Of a DNA stretch of 64,000 nt, positions 35,978 through 46,074 are shown piece by piece. The translations under genes and the position numbers were made by a program. Under the pieces are notes generated by a model. The model searched no databases and was not told the DNA's origin. It saw nothing but the letters and a program-made list of their open reading frames with translations. The DNA is from a virus. Positions within the stretch are counted from its first letter, which is position 1; every line of letters begins with the position of its first letter. The stretch is taken from positions 1 through 64,000 of IMG/VR virus record IMGVR_UViG_3300031576_000011; one strand, given 5' to 3'.

Positions 35978-36684
35978 TGGCCCGCCCCCTCTCGGGCATC
36001 GTTCCTGGGCCCGAGCACTTCCGGGTGCCACGCCGATTCGTCGGCGGATTCAGTCCCGCGAGGCTGCTGCCGAGTTCGGTCCGCCCCACGCCGGGGCCTG
36101 GCGGACGCATGCGATTCCACGTCGTCCGCACGGGACCGGACTGGGATCGGCTCAGGAAGATCTTCACGCGGCTGCGGACCTGGCCCGTCGACAAGACTGC
36201 GGAGGGGATCGCCCGCTTCCTCGTGGCGCGGACCCGGGAAGGCATCCTGCGTGGCGCCCCTGGCGGGAAGCAGTTCAACCGCCTCGCCGCGTTCACGATC
36301 GCGCGGAAGGGCCACGACCGCCCCCTCATCGACACCCGGCAACTGCTCGAGGCGTTGCGGGCCGAGCGGATGGGCCAGGGGCGCAACTGGTCCCAGTGGT
36401 ACGCGGGCATCCCCGCGGACCTTCCGCACCGCGAGCCGCGCCGGATCGCCGGATTCACCCCGGAGCGCCTGATCGCGATCCGGCGGACGATCGCCCGGAT
36501 CGGCGCCTTCCACGAGTTCGGGTTCCGCCCCAGCAAGATCCAGACGACCCGTCCATTCCTGGGGCCCACGCTCGAGAGCGAGCGCCAGACCATCGAGCAG
36601 CTCGCCGAGGCCAGGCTCGCCCAGTGGATCGGGCTGGATGGCCCGCGCATGCCGCCACGGTCGGGTGGTATCTTTCGGGTGTAG
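35977..36684 (+). CDS. Neck/virion morphogenesis protein
   Basis: LAAFTIARKG..RPLIDT, HEFG, RPFLGP; alternative start ATG 36109. Confidence 0.65.
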   Translation: MARPLSGIVPGPEHFRVPRRFVGGFSPARLLPSSVRPTPGPGGRMRFHVVRTGPDWDRLRKIFTRLRTWPVDKTAEGIARFLVARTREGILRGAPGGKQFNRLAAFTIARKGHDRPLIDTRQLLEALRAERMGQGRNWSQWYAGIPADLPHREPRRIAGFTPERLIAIRRTIARIGAFHEFGFRPSKIQTTRPFLGPTLESERQTIEQLAEARLAQWIGLDGPRMPPRSGGIFRV

Positions 36685-37572
36685 ATGCCGCCCCCCACCG
36701 TCACGTCCGTGTCCCCGTCCTCGGGGCTCTCGCGCGGCGGCTCCCTGGTGTTCGTGAACGGCACGAACTTCGCCACCGTTGGGGCGGTGACCGTGTCGTT
36801 CGGCACGCGCCTGGCGACCAGCGTCGAGGTCCGATCTGCGACGAAGCTCTCCTGTCTGCCCCCGCGCGGCGAGATCGCGCTGGGTGCCACGTCGCTGGCC
36901 GTCACGGTCACGGTCACGAACGTCGTGGCCGCCGAGAGTGACTTCCTGGCCTCCGCGTACACCTACCGACGTCCGGACCTCACGGTGGAGTCCCACCTGC
37001 TGACGGTGATCCGGACGCTCATGACCCGTATGTCGGAACAGTTGCTCGAGAACACGGTGCTGACCACGCACACGGACTTCGACCTGGCGACGTCCGATCT
37101 CCAGAACCGGGTGGAGCTGGCGAAGGTGCCGGTGGTCATCCTGGCGGGTCCCACGCTCATCCCCCACCGGATCGTGAACTACAACGACCGGCCTCCCGTC
37201 TTCACGGGCAGCCCCAACCCCACGGCCTACAAGAAGTACGACCAGCACCGGGCCGTCACCCTCGAGTTCGACGTCCGGATCCTCTCGAAGGCCAAGAGCG
37301 AGCTGCTGAACCTGGTCCACCAGGCCATGGCCTTCCAGATGGGGAACGAGATGCTGGAAGTCCTCCGAGACCCCTTGAACCCGGGGGCCGGCTCGGTACA
37401 CTACCCGCTTATGGTCGTGGGGGAGTTCGTGGCGGCGGATCGGCCGTCCAGGGCCAACCTCCGCGAGGCCGTCGGGCGCTGGAGTGTGGAGGGCGTGCTG
37501 ATCGAGGACGGCGACCTCGTCGAGGACTACCCGACGGTCGACGTCACCACGCTGACGACCGAGGCGTTGTAG
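36685..37572 (+). CDS. IPT/TIG-domain protein, probable tail terminator
   Basis: PTVTSVSPSSG...GG..V.VNGTNF; directly precedes the sheath gene. Confidence 0.7.
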   Translation: MPPPTVTSVSPSSGLSRGGSLVFVNGTNFATVGAVTVSFGTRLATSVEVRSATKLSCLPPRGEIALGATSLAVTVTVTNVVAAESDFLASAYTYRRPDLTVESHLLTVIRTLMTRMSEQLLENTVLTTHTDFDLATSDLQNRVELAKVPVVILAGPTLIPHRIVNYNDRPPVFTGSPNPTAYKKYDQHRAVTLEFDVRILSKAKSELLNLVHQAMAFQMGNEMLEVLRDPLNPGAGSVHYPLMVVGEFVAADRPSRANLREAVGRWSVEGVLIEDGDLVEDYPTVDVTTLTTEAL

Positions 37573-37581
37573 GAGGGGACG

Positions 37582-39156
37582 ATGGCGGAGCTCCTGTCTT
37601 CGAAGATCGTCGTCGTCGAGCGTCCCCCGGTCCTCCGCACGATCCCTGGCCAGCCGACGGCAATCGCGTCCACGCCCGTCGTGACGGAGAAGGGTCCGGT
37701 CCGGACGCCCTCCCGTACCACGAGCTTCGAAGAGTGGGTCGGGATCTACGGGGGCTACATCGCGGCCTCGAAGTCCGCGGCGATCATCGAGAAGGCGTTC
37801 CAGAACGGGCTGCGCGATCTCTGGACGTCGCGGGTGGTCCACTACACGGACATCACCAACCCGCTGACCAAGACCTCGGCGAAGGCCCAGGTCATCATTC
37901 CCGACTCCACGCCGGCGAACACGCTGCAGGTGGACGGGAAGTACGACGGCGCCTACGCGAACGGCCCGACGACCACGCAGGTGATCGTGGCCAACGCGAG
38001 CAACGGCGCGGCCGCGAATTACAACCTGGCGGTCAAGTACAAGGGCGTGGTCATCGAGGTCTTCCCGAACGTCGTGAACACGGCGGGGCTCCCCAACTCC
38101 GTGGACACCGTCGTGAACGCGACGGGCACCGGATCGAAGTACATCGCCGTGACCCGGCTGCTCACGACCCGTCCGGTGAACGGGACGTACAACCCCACGG
38201 GCGGGAACGACGGGCTCACCGGGCTGGCGGACACCGACTACACGGGCAGCCAGGCGGGCGGGACCGGGGTGTACGCCTTCGACGCCACGCAGGGCCTGCG
38301 CCTGATGTTCGCGCCGGATCGCCTCACCAGCGCCGTCGAGAACGCGATCATCGACTACTGCGAGGTGACGCGGAACGGCTCGATCTTCCCGGTCGTGGAC
38401 CTCCCGGCTGGCCTGACGGTGAACGCGGCCATCACCCACGTGGAGACCACGGCCCTGCTGCTGAACAAGTCCGAGTTCGGCGTCGTGTACCACCCGCACC
38501 TGAAGATCCTGAACCCGAGCCGGTCCGTGTTCGGGGACACCGACGAGATCGTGGTCCCGAGCTCCGGGCACCTGGTCGGGCTGTTCGCGCAGGTGGACGG
38601 GGCCCGCCCTGGCGGAGTCCACGACGAGCCCGCCGGCATCGAGCGCGGGATCCTGATCGGCGTGACCGGCCTCGAGTCCGACGAGGTGCTGGACGAGCGG
38701 AAGCGCGACCTCCTGTACCCGAAGCGGATCAACCCGATCCATTCCGATCCGGGCATCCCGATCTACGTGGACGGGGCGCGTGTGCTCAAGGGCGACAGCA
38801 ACTTCCCGACGGTCGCGCAGCGCCGCGGCGTGATCGACATCGAGCAGTCGATCAAGGACGGGCTGCAGAGCATCCGGTTCCGGGCGAACGACGAGGAGAC
38901 GCGCGAAGAGGTCTCCCGCACGATCTTCGCGTTCCTGCTCACGAAGTTCAACCAGAAGGCGTTCCGCGGTTCGACGCCCGAGACCGCGTTCTTCGTGGAC
39001 GTCTCCGAGGAGATCAACCCGCCGACGGAGCGCGAGGCGGGGCGCCTGAACGTGAAGATCGGGCTCGCGACCCAGCGGCCGATCGAGTTCATCGTGCTCA
39101 CCTTCCAGCAGGATCTCCGGGACCTCGAGGCCCAGTTGGCGTCGGCGGGAGCCTAG
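37582..39156 (+). CDS. Tail sheath protein
   Basis: TSFEEW, GGNDG, VYHPHL, PSSGHLVG, EPAG, RINPI, DGARVL, FFVDV, IGLATQRPIEFI. Confidence 0.93.
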   Translation: MAELLSSKIVVVERPPVLRTIPGQPTAIASTPVVTEKGPVRTPSRTTSFEEWVGIYGGYIAASKSAAIIEKAFQNGLRDLWTSRVVHYTDITNPLTKTSAKAQVIIPDSTPANTLQVDGKYDGAYANGPTTTQVIVANASNGAAANYNLAVKYKGVVIEVFPNVVNTAGLPNSVDTVVNATGTGSKYIAVTRLLTTRPVNGTYNPTGGNDGLTGLADTDYTGSQAGGTGVYAFDATQGLRLMFAPDRLTSAVENAIIDYCEVTRNGSIFPVVDLPAGLTVNAAITHVETTALLLNKSEFGVVYHPHLKILNPSRSVFGDTDEIVVPSSGHLVGLFAQVDGARPGGVHDEPAGIERGILIGVTGLESDEVLDERKRDLLYPKRINPIHSDPGIPIYVDGARVLKGDSNFPTVAQRRGVIDIEQSIKDGLQSIRFRANDEETREEVSRTIFAFLLTKFNQKAFRGSTPETAFFVDVSEEINPPTEREAGRLNVKIGLATQRPIEFIVLTFQQDLRDLEAQLASAGA

Positions 39157-39197
39157 TCGCGTCGCGTCGGCCCGCGTAGCGGGCCGGGAGGAGTCGG

Positions 39198-39728
39198 ATG
39201 CCCGTCATCGCCACGTCCACGCTGGTCAAGCAGCGGCTCCGGTTCATCGTCGAGATCCCGGGCGTCAACGGGTCGCCCCCGCTGCGCGCGCGGTTCCGCA
39301 CCTGCTCCGAGCTTTCGTTCGAGGTCGCGCCGTCCGAGATCCGGCACGGCGGGTCCGTCATCCCCTACTCGCAGCCCGCTGGGGTCACCTACACCCCGGT
39401 CACGCTCGAGATGGGCGCCACGAACGACGGGCGGCTGTTTCTGTGGGCCATGCAGTGCGCCCTGGCGGGTGGCGGGATCGGCGGGGCGGGCGACGCCCAC
39501 AAGCGGATCGTGGATATCGTCGAACAGGACCGGACGGGGCTGACCATCAACCGCTGGCGGTGCTTCAACGCGTGGGTGACCAAGTTCGTCGCCGGCGACT
39601 GGGACAACGAGTCGAACGACTTCCTGATCTCGTCGGTGACCCTGAAGTACGACTTCTTCGCGCCCACGCTGATGCAGGGCCAGCCCGCGATCGCGGAGGT
39701 CGCGCGGATCGCCGCGCGCCTCGGGTAG
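39198..39728 (+). CDS. Tail tube protein (T4 gp19-like)
   Basis: RFIVEI, FRTCSEL, VTLEMG, RWRCFNAWVTKF..GDWDN. Confidence 0.88.
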   Translation: MPVIATSTLVKQRLRFIVEIPGVNGSPPLRARFRTCSELSFEVAPSEIRHGGSVIPYSQPAGVTYTPVTLEMGATNDGRLFLWAMQCALAGGGIGGAGDAHKRIVDIVEQDRTGLTINRWRCFNAWVTKFVAGDWDNESNDFLISSVTLKYDFFAPTLMQGQPAIAEVARIAARLG

Positions 39729-39782
39729 CATTGGACCGCCCGCGGGGGCGCGGGCAACGTCGCGTCGCGTCAGGAGGATCGC

Positions 39783-40598
39783 ATGCCAGAGCTCACGGGG
39801 TTTCCCAGCGGCCTCGCCGTCGAGGTCCGGGAGTTCTCGGTCGGGGACCGAGATGCCATGCTGGCCGAGCGGGAGCGCCCTGGGCCCCGGACGGTGGAAC
39901 AGGCGGCGGCCGAGGAACGGCCGATGGAGCCCATCACGCGGGTGCTGCAGAGCACCTGGGTCCGCACGATCGACCCGGCGCACTACAAGTTCTCGGACGG
40001 GCGCTTCGACATCCGGAAGCTGCTCGACGGGGACCGCTGGTACTTCCTGCTGCAGCACCGCCTCATGACCTGGGGCAAGATCGCGCACATGCCCCTGATC
40101 TGCCGGCGGAAGCACGCGTGGGAGCACGCGTTCGACCTCTCGCTGGCGCCGATCCTGACGATCCGTCCGGAGGTCGCCAAGGCGCTGGCGGGCGGCCAGC
40201 CGCTCGAGTTCCTGCTGCCGCGCTCGCAGCGCCGGATCTGGTTCCGGCTGCTCGACGGCGAGATCGGGGACCGGATCGCCGAGGACATCGAGGCGTATCC
40301 CATGGACCCGGAAACCGTCGCGCTGGCCGCGCGCATCGTCAAGGTCGATGGCTGGGACGACAAGACGGGCCTCGACGCGAAGACCGGCCTCGACTTGAAG
40401 ACCTGGGTGAAGCAACTGCCCATGGCTGACGATGAGGCGTTCCGGGACCACCTCGAGGCGGTCGAGCCGGGGGTCGACTTCGAGGCGGACGTCGCGTGTC
40501 CCGCGTGCGGGCTGGTCGTGCCCGTGGATGCGACCGATGCCCCGGATTTTTTCCCGACCCGGCGACAGCGGCGGCGGCGCATGAGGCCGAAATCCTGA
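39783..40598 (+). CDS. Tail assembly chaperone (G-like)
   Basis: Between tube and TMP; LLDGDRWYFLL, PGVDF..CPACG, DFFP. Confidence 0.75.
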   Translation: MPELTGFPSGLAVEVREFSVGDRDAMLAERERPGPRTVEQAAAEERPMEPITRVLQSTWVRTIDPAHYKFSDGRFDIRKLLDGDRWYFLLQHRLMTWGKIAHMPLICRRKHAWEHAFDLSLAPILTIRPEVAKALAGGQPLEFLLPRSQRRIWFRLLDGEIGDRIAEDIEAYPMDPETVALAARIVKVDGWDDKTGLDAKTGLDLKTWVKQLPMADDEAFRDHLEAVEPGVDFEADVACPACGLVVPVDATDAPDFFPTRRQRRRRMRPKS

Positions 40599-40759
40599 TG
40601 CTCCTGCAGCGGCGGCCGATGCAGACGGCCTTGGGCCTCACGTACGCCGACATCCTGCAGTTGCCGGTGCATCGCGCGCGGGCGATGTGCGAGTGGCTGG
40701 CCGAGCGGTGGGAGGCGGAGGCTGCGGAACTCGGTAGACTGCCTCGCGGAGGCGCCTGA
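40547..40759 (+). other. Predicted -1 frameshift site T TTT TTC (40547-40553) and GT extension frame to 40759
   Basis: Slippery heptamer in the correct phase; the -1 frame is open to a stop overlapping the TMP start. Confidence 0.7.
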
Positions 40760-42576
40760 TGCCCATCGGCCTTGGGATCACCGTCTTCCTGCGGGACCTC
40801 GCTTCGACCGGGATCGACCGGCTGGATCGGGGCTTCGGCCGGTTCGTGAACACGGTCGACCGAGGCGCCGCCGGCCTCGCCGAGTCGGCGATGAACGTCG
40901 GCGTGGCCGGCCGGACCGCCGCGCTCGGGGCGGTGGCGGGGATCACGGCGGTGGGGGCCGGCCTCCTGGCGGCGGCCGCAACCGAGGGCGAGTTCGAGCG
41001 CCAGTTGCGGTTCGCGGCGTTCGCCGCCAATGCGACCACCGACGAGATGGAGGAGATGCGGGCGACGGCCCTTGGCGTGGCGCGCGCCTTCGCCGTCGCG
41101 CCGGTCGAGGTCGCCCGCATGGAGTCGATCCTCGCCCGGTTCGGGCTCACGGCCAAGGAGACGACCGAGATTGTCCGGCCGGCGGCCGCGCTGCTCGCGG
41201 CCTCCCTCGGCGAGCTTGGGCCGGACAAGGCCGGTGGCCTGCTGATCCAGACCCTCAAGACCTTCAACATTCCGGCCACCCAGGCGAGTCGCGTGGCCGA
41301 TCAGCTTTCCGAAGCGGTCATCAGCAGCGCGCTCGACTTCAAGAAGCTCGACCTCGCGCTGTCGATCGCGGGCCCCAGCATGACGAACTTCGGTGCGAGC
41401 CTCGAGGAGACGCTCGTCCTGCTCGGCCTCACCCGCGACGTGATCTCGCGGGTGGAGCGTGGCGGTACGGGGCTCTCCCGGGTGTTCGAGGAGCTCTCGA
41501 AGAAGGAGAAGCAGCGCGAGGTCCAGGCCCGCTTCGGTATCCGGGTCACGGACGAGACGGGGAAGCACTTCCGGAACGCCACCGACATCATCGCGGAGCT
41601 CGCCGCCGCGCTGTCGGGGATGGGCGAGGTGCAGCGCGCGGCCGCCTTGGAGTCGCTGTTCGGACGCGAGGCGACGCGCGAGTTGCTCGCCCTCACGCAG
41701 CGTCTGGGCAGCTCGCTGGGGGGCGGCGCCGCGACCGCGGAAGGCTTCGCGGCCGCGATGCGGGACATGGTGAAGGCCAACCGCGCAGCCACCGGCACGA
41801 CGGAGAAGCTCATCCAGACCCAGGAGGGGACGTTCCCCAGGGCGCTGGAACGCCTGAAGGTGTCGTTCGCGGAGTTCGGGATCGAGGCGGGCAAGGCCCT
41901 GAACGAGAACCTGGTCCCCGCCATGATGGCGCTGTCTGACACGATCAACAGCGTGACCGAATTCCTGCGGGAGCTCTCGCCGGAGACGAAGTCCTTCCTC
42001 GGCTGGGTCTTCGCCGCCACGGTCGCCGTCGGCGGGCTGACGGCCGCCATCACGGCGATGGGATTCGCGATCCGTGGGGTCGGGTTCGGGCTCGGGGGAC
42101 TCGGGCTCGGCCGCCTGCTTGGGCGCGGGGCGGCGGGCGCCGGGGGCGCGGTTGGAGGCGGGCTGGCGGCAGGGGCAGCCGGCGCGGCGGGTGCGGCAGG
42201 CTTCCAGGTCACCGCTGCAGGGATCGGCACGCAGCTCTCGCCAGCGGCCAGACTGGCGGCGGCCGGGGCGGCCACCGCCCCTGGACTCGGCGCAGGCGTC
42301 GGCGGGGTGATCGCCCCCATCGGGATCGCGGCGCTGCTGACCGAGATGATCGCTGGCCCAATTGCGGCGGCGATCGATGCGGCGAGTCAGCGAAGTTTCG
42401 AAGCGACCCAAGAAGCCGCGAACCGCCGAGCCGTGGCCGAAACCGAAGCCCTGCGAGGGGAGTCGGAGATCGTGATCGAACTCGACGGAGCCGCGGTCGG
42501 ACACCTCATGGGCGCGCGGGTGGCGAGGGAAACCAAGCGGCGCTTCGGCGCCCAGGTGCGCGAGGGGATGCGGTAG
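40759..42576 (+). CDS. Tail tape measure protein (TP901-like core)
   Basis: Ala/Gly-rich helical; FERQL, ADQLSEA, SLEETL, LFGREA. Confidence 0.88.
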   Translation: MPIGLGITVFLRDLASTGIDRLDRGFGRFVNTVDRGAAGLAESAMNVGVAGRTAALGAVAGITAVGAGLLAAAATEGEFERQLRFAAFAANATTDEMEEMRATALGVARAFAVAPVEVARMESILARFGLTAKETTEIVRPAAALLAASLGELGPDKAGGLLIQTLKTFNIPATQASRVADQLSEAVISSALDFKKLDLALSIAGPSMTNFGASLEETLVLLGLTRDVISRVERGGTGLSRVFEELSKKEKQREVQARFGIRVTDETGKHFRNATDIIAELAAALSGMGEVQRAAALESLFGREATRELLALTQRLGSSLGGGAATAEGFAAAMRDMVKANRAATGTTEKLIQTQEGTFPRALERLKVSFAEFGIEAGKALNENLVPAMMALSDTINSVTEFLRELSPETKSFLGWVFAATVAVGGLTAAITAMGFAIRGVGFGLGGLGLGRLLGRGAAGAGGAVGGGLAAGAAGAAGAAGFQVTAAGIGTQLSPAARLAAAGAATAPGLGAGVGGVIAPIGIAALLTEMIAGPIAAAIDAASQRSFEATQEAANRRAVAETEALRGESEIVIELDGAAVGHLMGARVARETKRRFGAQVREGMR

Positions 42577-43259
42577 TGGCCCTGCCGTACGCCAGCCTCA
42601 CGGACATGCTGCGCAAGGAGCGGCTGTTCTGCCAATTCAATCCCGAGACGCTCGACGAGTCCCTCGAGGTGGACTGGACGTCGCACCTCCCGCTCGGGGG
42701 CAGCCGCGAGATCTCGCACTACAACGGGACGCGCAGCGTGCGGATCCCGCTCACGCTCTACTTCACGATCGTGGGCCGCCCCGGCAACGGCGTCCCAGGC
42801 TTCTCGGATCTGCTGGTGGCCACGAGCGAAGCCGGAGGGTCGCCAGGCATCGAGTTCGGGCTGGCGGCCGCTGGCCAGCGCGGACCGGCCGTGGTGCGGC
42901 AGAGCCTCGCGGGGCCCGAACGGTTCCTCAAGGCGCTGTGCTACAAGAACGGCGGGCCAGGGGCGCGCGGAGGATTCAGCACCGAGCCGCCCACCGTGAT
43001 CTTCGATTGGCCCGGCATCGTCCGGCTCGAGGGACACCTGCTCCGGTTGCGGACCCGGTATCAGCAGTTCTCGACCGAGGATCTGCGCGGGCTGTTCCTC
43101 GTGGCTGAGACGGAGTTCCGCGAGGATGCGGCCGAGGGGATCGGGAACGAGGACGTCCGGGTGAAGGGCTCCAATCGGTCGCCGACGCTGCTGCCGCATC
43201 GCATTCAAGAGCCGCCAGAGCAGAAGTTGATCGTCCAGTTCACGAGGCCGGGCGTGTGA
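42576..43259 (+). CDS. Tail tube initiator-like protein
   Basis: CQFNPETL, PPTVIFDWP. Confidence 0.65.
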   Translation: MALPYASLTDMLRKERLFCQFNPETLDESLEVDWTSHLPLGGSREISHYNGTRSVRIPLTLYFTIVGRPGNGVPGFSDLLVATSEAGGSPGIEFGLAAAGQRGPAVVRQSLAGPERFLKALCYKNGGPGARGGFSTEPPTVIFDWPGIVRLEGHLLRLRTRYQQFSTEDLRGLFLVAETEFREDAAEGIGNEDVRVKGSNRSPTLLPHRIQEPPEQKLIVQFTRPGV

Positions 43260-43564
43260 TCAATCCCTCCCCCAATTCGCGCAACCTCGCCAACCGTGTC
43301 GTTACCGACGCGGCCGGACGCGAGCTCTACGAGATCCGGACGCCCATGCCGTACGCCCCGGTGCCAGGCATCGCGCGGGCCATTATCCAGGCCGGCGACT
43401 CGCTGTTCGCGATGGCCTACCGGGCCTACGGCAGCGCCCAGCTCTGGTGGGCGATCGCGGACTTCAATGAGATCTTCGACCCCACGACGGAGACGACGCC
43501 GGGCCGCGAGATCCTGATCCCGCCCCGCGACTACGTCGAGGCGTGGCTCTCGAGGAGCGAATGA
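43256..43564 (+). CDS. LysM/tail X-like baseplate protein
   Basis: GDSLFAMAYRAYGSAQLWWAIADFN..PGREILIP. Confidence 0.82.
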   Translation: MINPSPNSRNLANRVVTDAAGRELYEIRTPMPYAPVPGIARAIIQAGDSLFAMAYRAYGSAQLWWAIADFNEIFDPTTETTPGREILIPPRDYVEAWLSRSE

Positions 43565-44910
43565 CCGGGCGCGGCCCCTACCTACGGATCCGGACCAGCC
43601 ACGGCTTCGGCGGCTCGCCCCAGCCGCTGCCGGAGTCGATCCTCGAACGCATCCTCTCGGTGGAGGTGCTCGACTCCGATCTGGGGATGGACGAGATCAC
43701 CGTCACGTTCGACAACGCGGACCTCGCGCTGTGGGGCCAGGCCATGTCGCGCGCGGCGCTGGCGTTCAACACGCGCTGGCACATCCAGTTCGGCTGGGAG
43801 GGCGGCACGCTCAGCCCCATCCGGGCCTTCCTCGTGAAGAGCCTCAAGGGGAACCGAACGCTGACGATGCGCGCGTACGGGGGAGCCGCCGTGCGGCTCG
43901 ACTACCCGGCCCGGCACGTCGTGTTCCGGAACTCCGGCGGCGACGGCAAGATCACGCGCTCCCAGGTGGCGCGCCAGATCGCGCTGGAGGCCGGGCTGGT
44001 CGTAGAGACCGGAGCGATCCAGACCACGTTCGGCGAATTCGAGTCGATCACCCAGCACGGGATCTCCGACGGCGCCATGCTGACGAAGATGGCGGACGAC
44101 CTCGGGTTTGTGTGGTGGGCCAAGGATTTCGGGGACGACCGGGCCTACTTCTTCTTCGGGCAGCGCGAGATGGACAAGCGCGCTGACCGCCGGATCGACC
44201 TCGGCGACGAAGGCGTCGTGGGGGAGCCGGAGATCGAGGTCGACGTCTTCCAGATCCCCAACACGGCGATCTCCCTGACGATCGATCCGCTGAACAATGT
44301 CCTGAAGGAGCACGAGGGCTCGAACGACGCAACGGAGCGGGCCGTGTCGGGGTCCTCGACGCCGATCTCCAAGGACATCGCCGGCCAGAACACGGTGGAG
44401 CCGCACGAGGGCGGGACCATCCCCTCACTGCCCGCGATGTCGGAGAAGCGCCTCGAGGAGGAGATCGATGGGCTGTTCAAGAAGGTGGAGGAGAACCTGA
44501 TCCGGATCCGCCTGACCGTGGTGGGGGATCCCTCGATCGCGGTGGGCCACACGCTCGAGCTCGTGGGGTTCGGACAGGCGCTCGACAGCTCCCCGCAGTC
44601 GCCGGGTGGCGGCAACTACTACGTGTCGGAGGCCAGGCACCGGATCCGGCAGGGAGGCGGCTTCCTCACGGAGTTGTCCCTGATGCGGAACGCGCTCGGG
44701 GACTTCGACGTGCCGGCGAAACGCGACCGCCTGCGGGCGCGCGTGGCGTCGGAGCGGCGGGCCGCCCAGGGCGGCGTCACGACGCCGTCGGCCCCTGGCG
44801 TGCCGCCCGTCGCCGTGGCGGATCGCACCTTGGGGACCTCCCCGGACGCGGAGTCCGTGAAGGTCCCGGTGCGGGCGGTCGGATTCTCCACGGGAAGCAC
44901 CGGGCAGTAG
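43561..44910 (+). CDS. Baseplate hub (phage late control D-like)
   Basis: Q.GISDG.ML..MA..LGF, VVGDPSIAVG, GNYYVSEARHRI..GFLTEL. Confidence 0.8.
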   Translation: MTGRGPYLRIRTSHGFGGSPQPLPESILERILSVEVLDSDLGMDEITVTFDNADLALWGQAMSRAALAFNTRWHIQFGWEGGTLSPIRAFLVKSLKGNRTLTMRAYGGAAVRLDYPARHVVFRNSGGDGKITRSQVARQIALEAGLVVETGAIQTTFGEFESITQHGISDGAMLTKMADDLGFVWWAKDFGDDRAYFFFGQREMDKRADRRIDLGDEGVVGEPEIEVDVFQIPNTAISLTIDPLNNVLKEHEGSNDATERAVSGSSTPISKDIAGQNTVEPHEGGTIPSLPAMSEKRLEEEIDGLFKKVEENLIRIRLTVVGDPSIAVGHTLELVGFGQALDSSPQSPGGGNYYVSEARHRIRQGGGFLTELSLMRNALGDFDVPAKRDRLRARVASERRAAQGGVTTPSAPGVPPVAVADRTLGTSPDAESVKVPVRAVGFSTGSTGQ

Positions 44911-44911
44911 C

Positions 44912-45571
44912 ATGTCCGACTTCGGACCCCCCTTCTTCGGTATGTACCTCGGACGGGTCGCGGAAACCGCGGACCCGCTCAAGCTGGGGCGGATCCGACC
45001 GATCGTGCCGGCCATCGCGGGCGCCGCGAAGATGGGGTGGGCCTCCCCGCTCGGGACCGTCGGCGGCGGTGCGAAGGACCGCGGCCTCTTCGCCGTGCCG
45101 CCGTTCGGGGCCCTCGTGGCGGTGTTCTTCGACGCCGGGGACGTGGACTCCCCCTACTACCTGGCGGGCCCATGGGCCGCCCCGTCAGGGGCGCCGGATC
45201 CTCCCGTGCCCTCCCAGATTGCGCCGGCGCTCGGCACCCAGGGAGATCCCAAGCACGTGGTGTGGGAGACGGAGAAGTTCAAGGTCACCTTCGCGGGCGG
45301 CTCCACCGACAAGATGCGGATCGAGAGCAAGTCCACGCCTGGGAGCTACGTGGAGATCGACGGGGCGACGGGTAAGATCGTCCTCTCGACGACCGATCTG
45401 CGTCTGGCGGACGCCGCGGCGGTGGAGGCCATCATCCTGGGCACGTCGTTCCAGACCTTCTTCAACGCGCACATCCACAGCGGCGTCACCACCGGCGCTG
45501 GGTCGAGCGGCGCCCCAGTGACGGCGATGCCGGCCTCCCTCCTATCGGCGAAGGCGAAGGTGGGCGCGTAG
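44912..45571 (+). CDS. Baseplate spike (gpV/gp5 OB fold)
   Basis: DPLKLGRIR, GLFAVPP.GA.V.V.F.AGD..PYY, C-terminal HIH. Confidence 0.88.
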   Translation: MSDFGPPFFGMYLGRVAETADPLKLGRIRPIVPAIAGAAKMGWASPLGTVGGGAKDRGLFAVPPFGALVAVFFDAGDVDSPYYLAGPWAAPSGAPDPPVPSQIAPALGTQGDPKHVVWETEKFKVTFAGGSTDKMRIESKSTPGSYVEIDGATGKIVLSTTDLRLADAAAVEAIILGTSFQTFFNAHIHSGVTTGAGSSGAPVTAMPASLLSAKAKVGA

Positions 45572-46074
45572 TGCCGATCAAGCCCGAGCAGGACTTCCTC
45601 GGATCGACGCCAGCATTCCCGTTCCGGGAGGCCGACGCCGGTCTACCGGACCTTGCCTTCGTGTCTGGCGAGGCGGCGGTCGCGGCCGGGATCGGCTTCC
45701 TGCTGCGCACGGCGCCAGGCGATCTGCCGTTCGATCCGGAGCTTGGGATGGATCCGGAAGTGCTCCGGTTCGACCCGGCGGACCCCGGCACGGCGAGCGA
45801 CGCCCACGCGATGATCGCCGCGTCGATCATCCGGGGCGAGCCCCGCGCCACGGCCGTGCGCCCAGAGATCGTGGTGGACCCCCACCAGAACCGTCTGGAC
45901 ATCCACCTCGCCTACCGCACGATCCAGCGGGACGTCCCTGGCAACCAGGTTCGCCTGCCTTCGGGCAAGCACGAGGACATCCTGAAGCAGCCGGACACGC
46001 GGCGGCTCGCGATCCAGGGCTACTTCGACTCGATCACGATCGCGCTCGGCATCGGGCGCACGGGGAGCGCGTAG
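45571..46074 (+). CDS. Baseplate wedge gp25/W-like protein
   Basis: LLRTAPGDLPFDPELG, EPRA. Confidence 0.8.
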   Translation: MPIKPEQDFLGSTPAFPFREADAGLPDLAFVSGEAAVAAGIGFLLRTAPGDLPFDPELGMDPEVLRFDPADPGTASDAHAMIAASIIRGEPRATAVRPEIVVDPHQNRLDIHLAYRTIQRDVPGNQVRLPSGKHEDILKQPDTRRLAIQGYFDSITIALGIGRTGSA

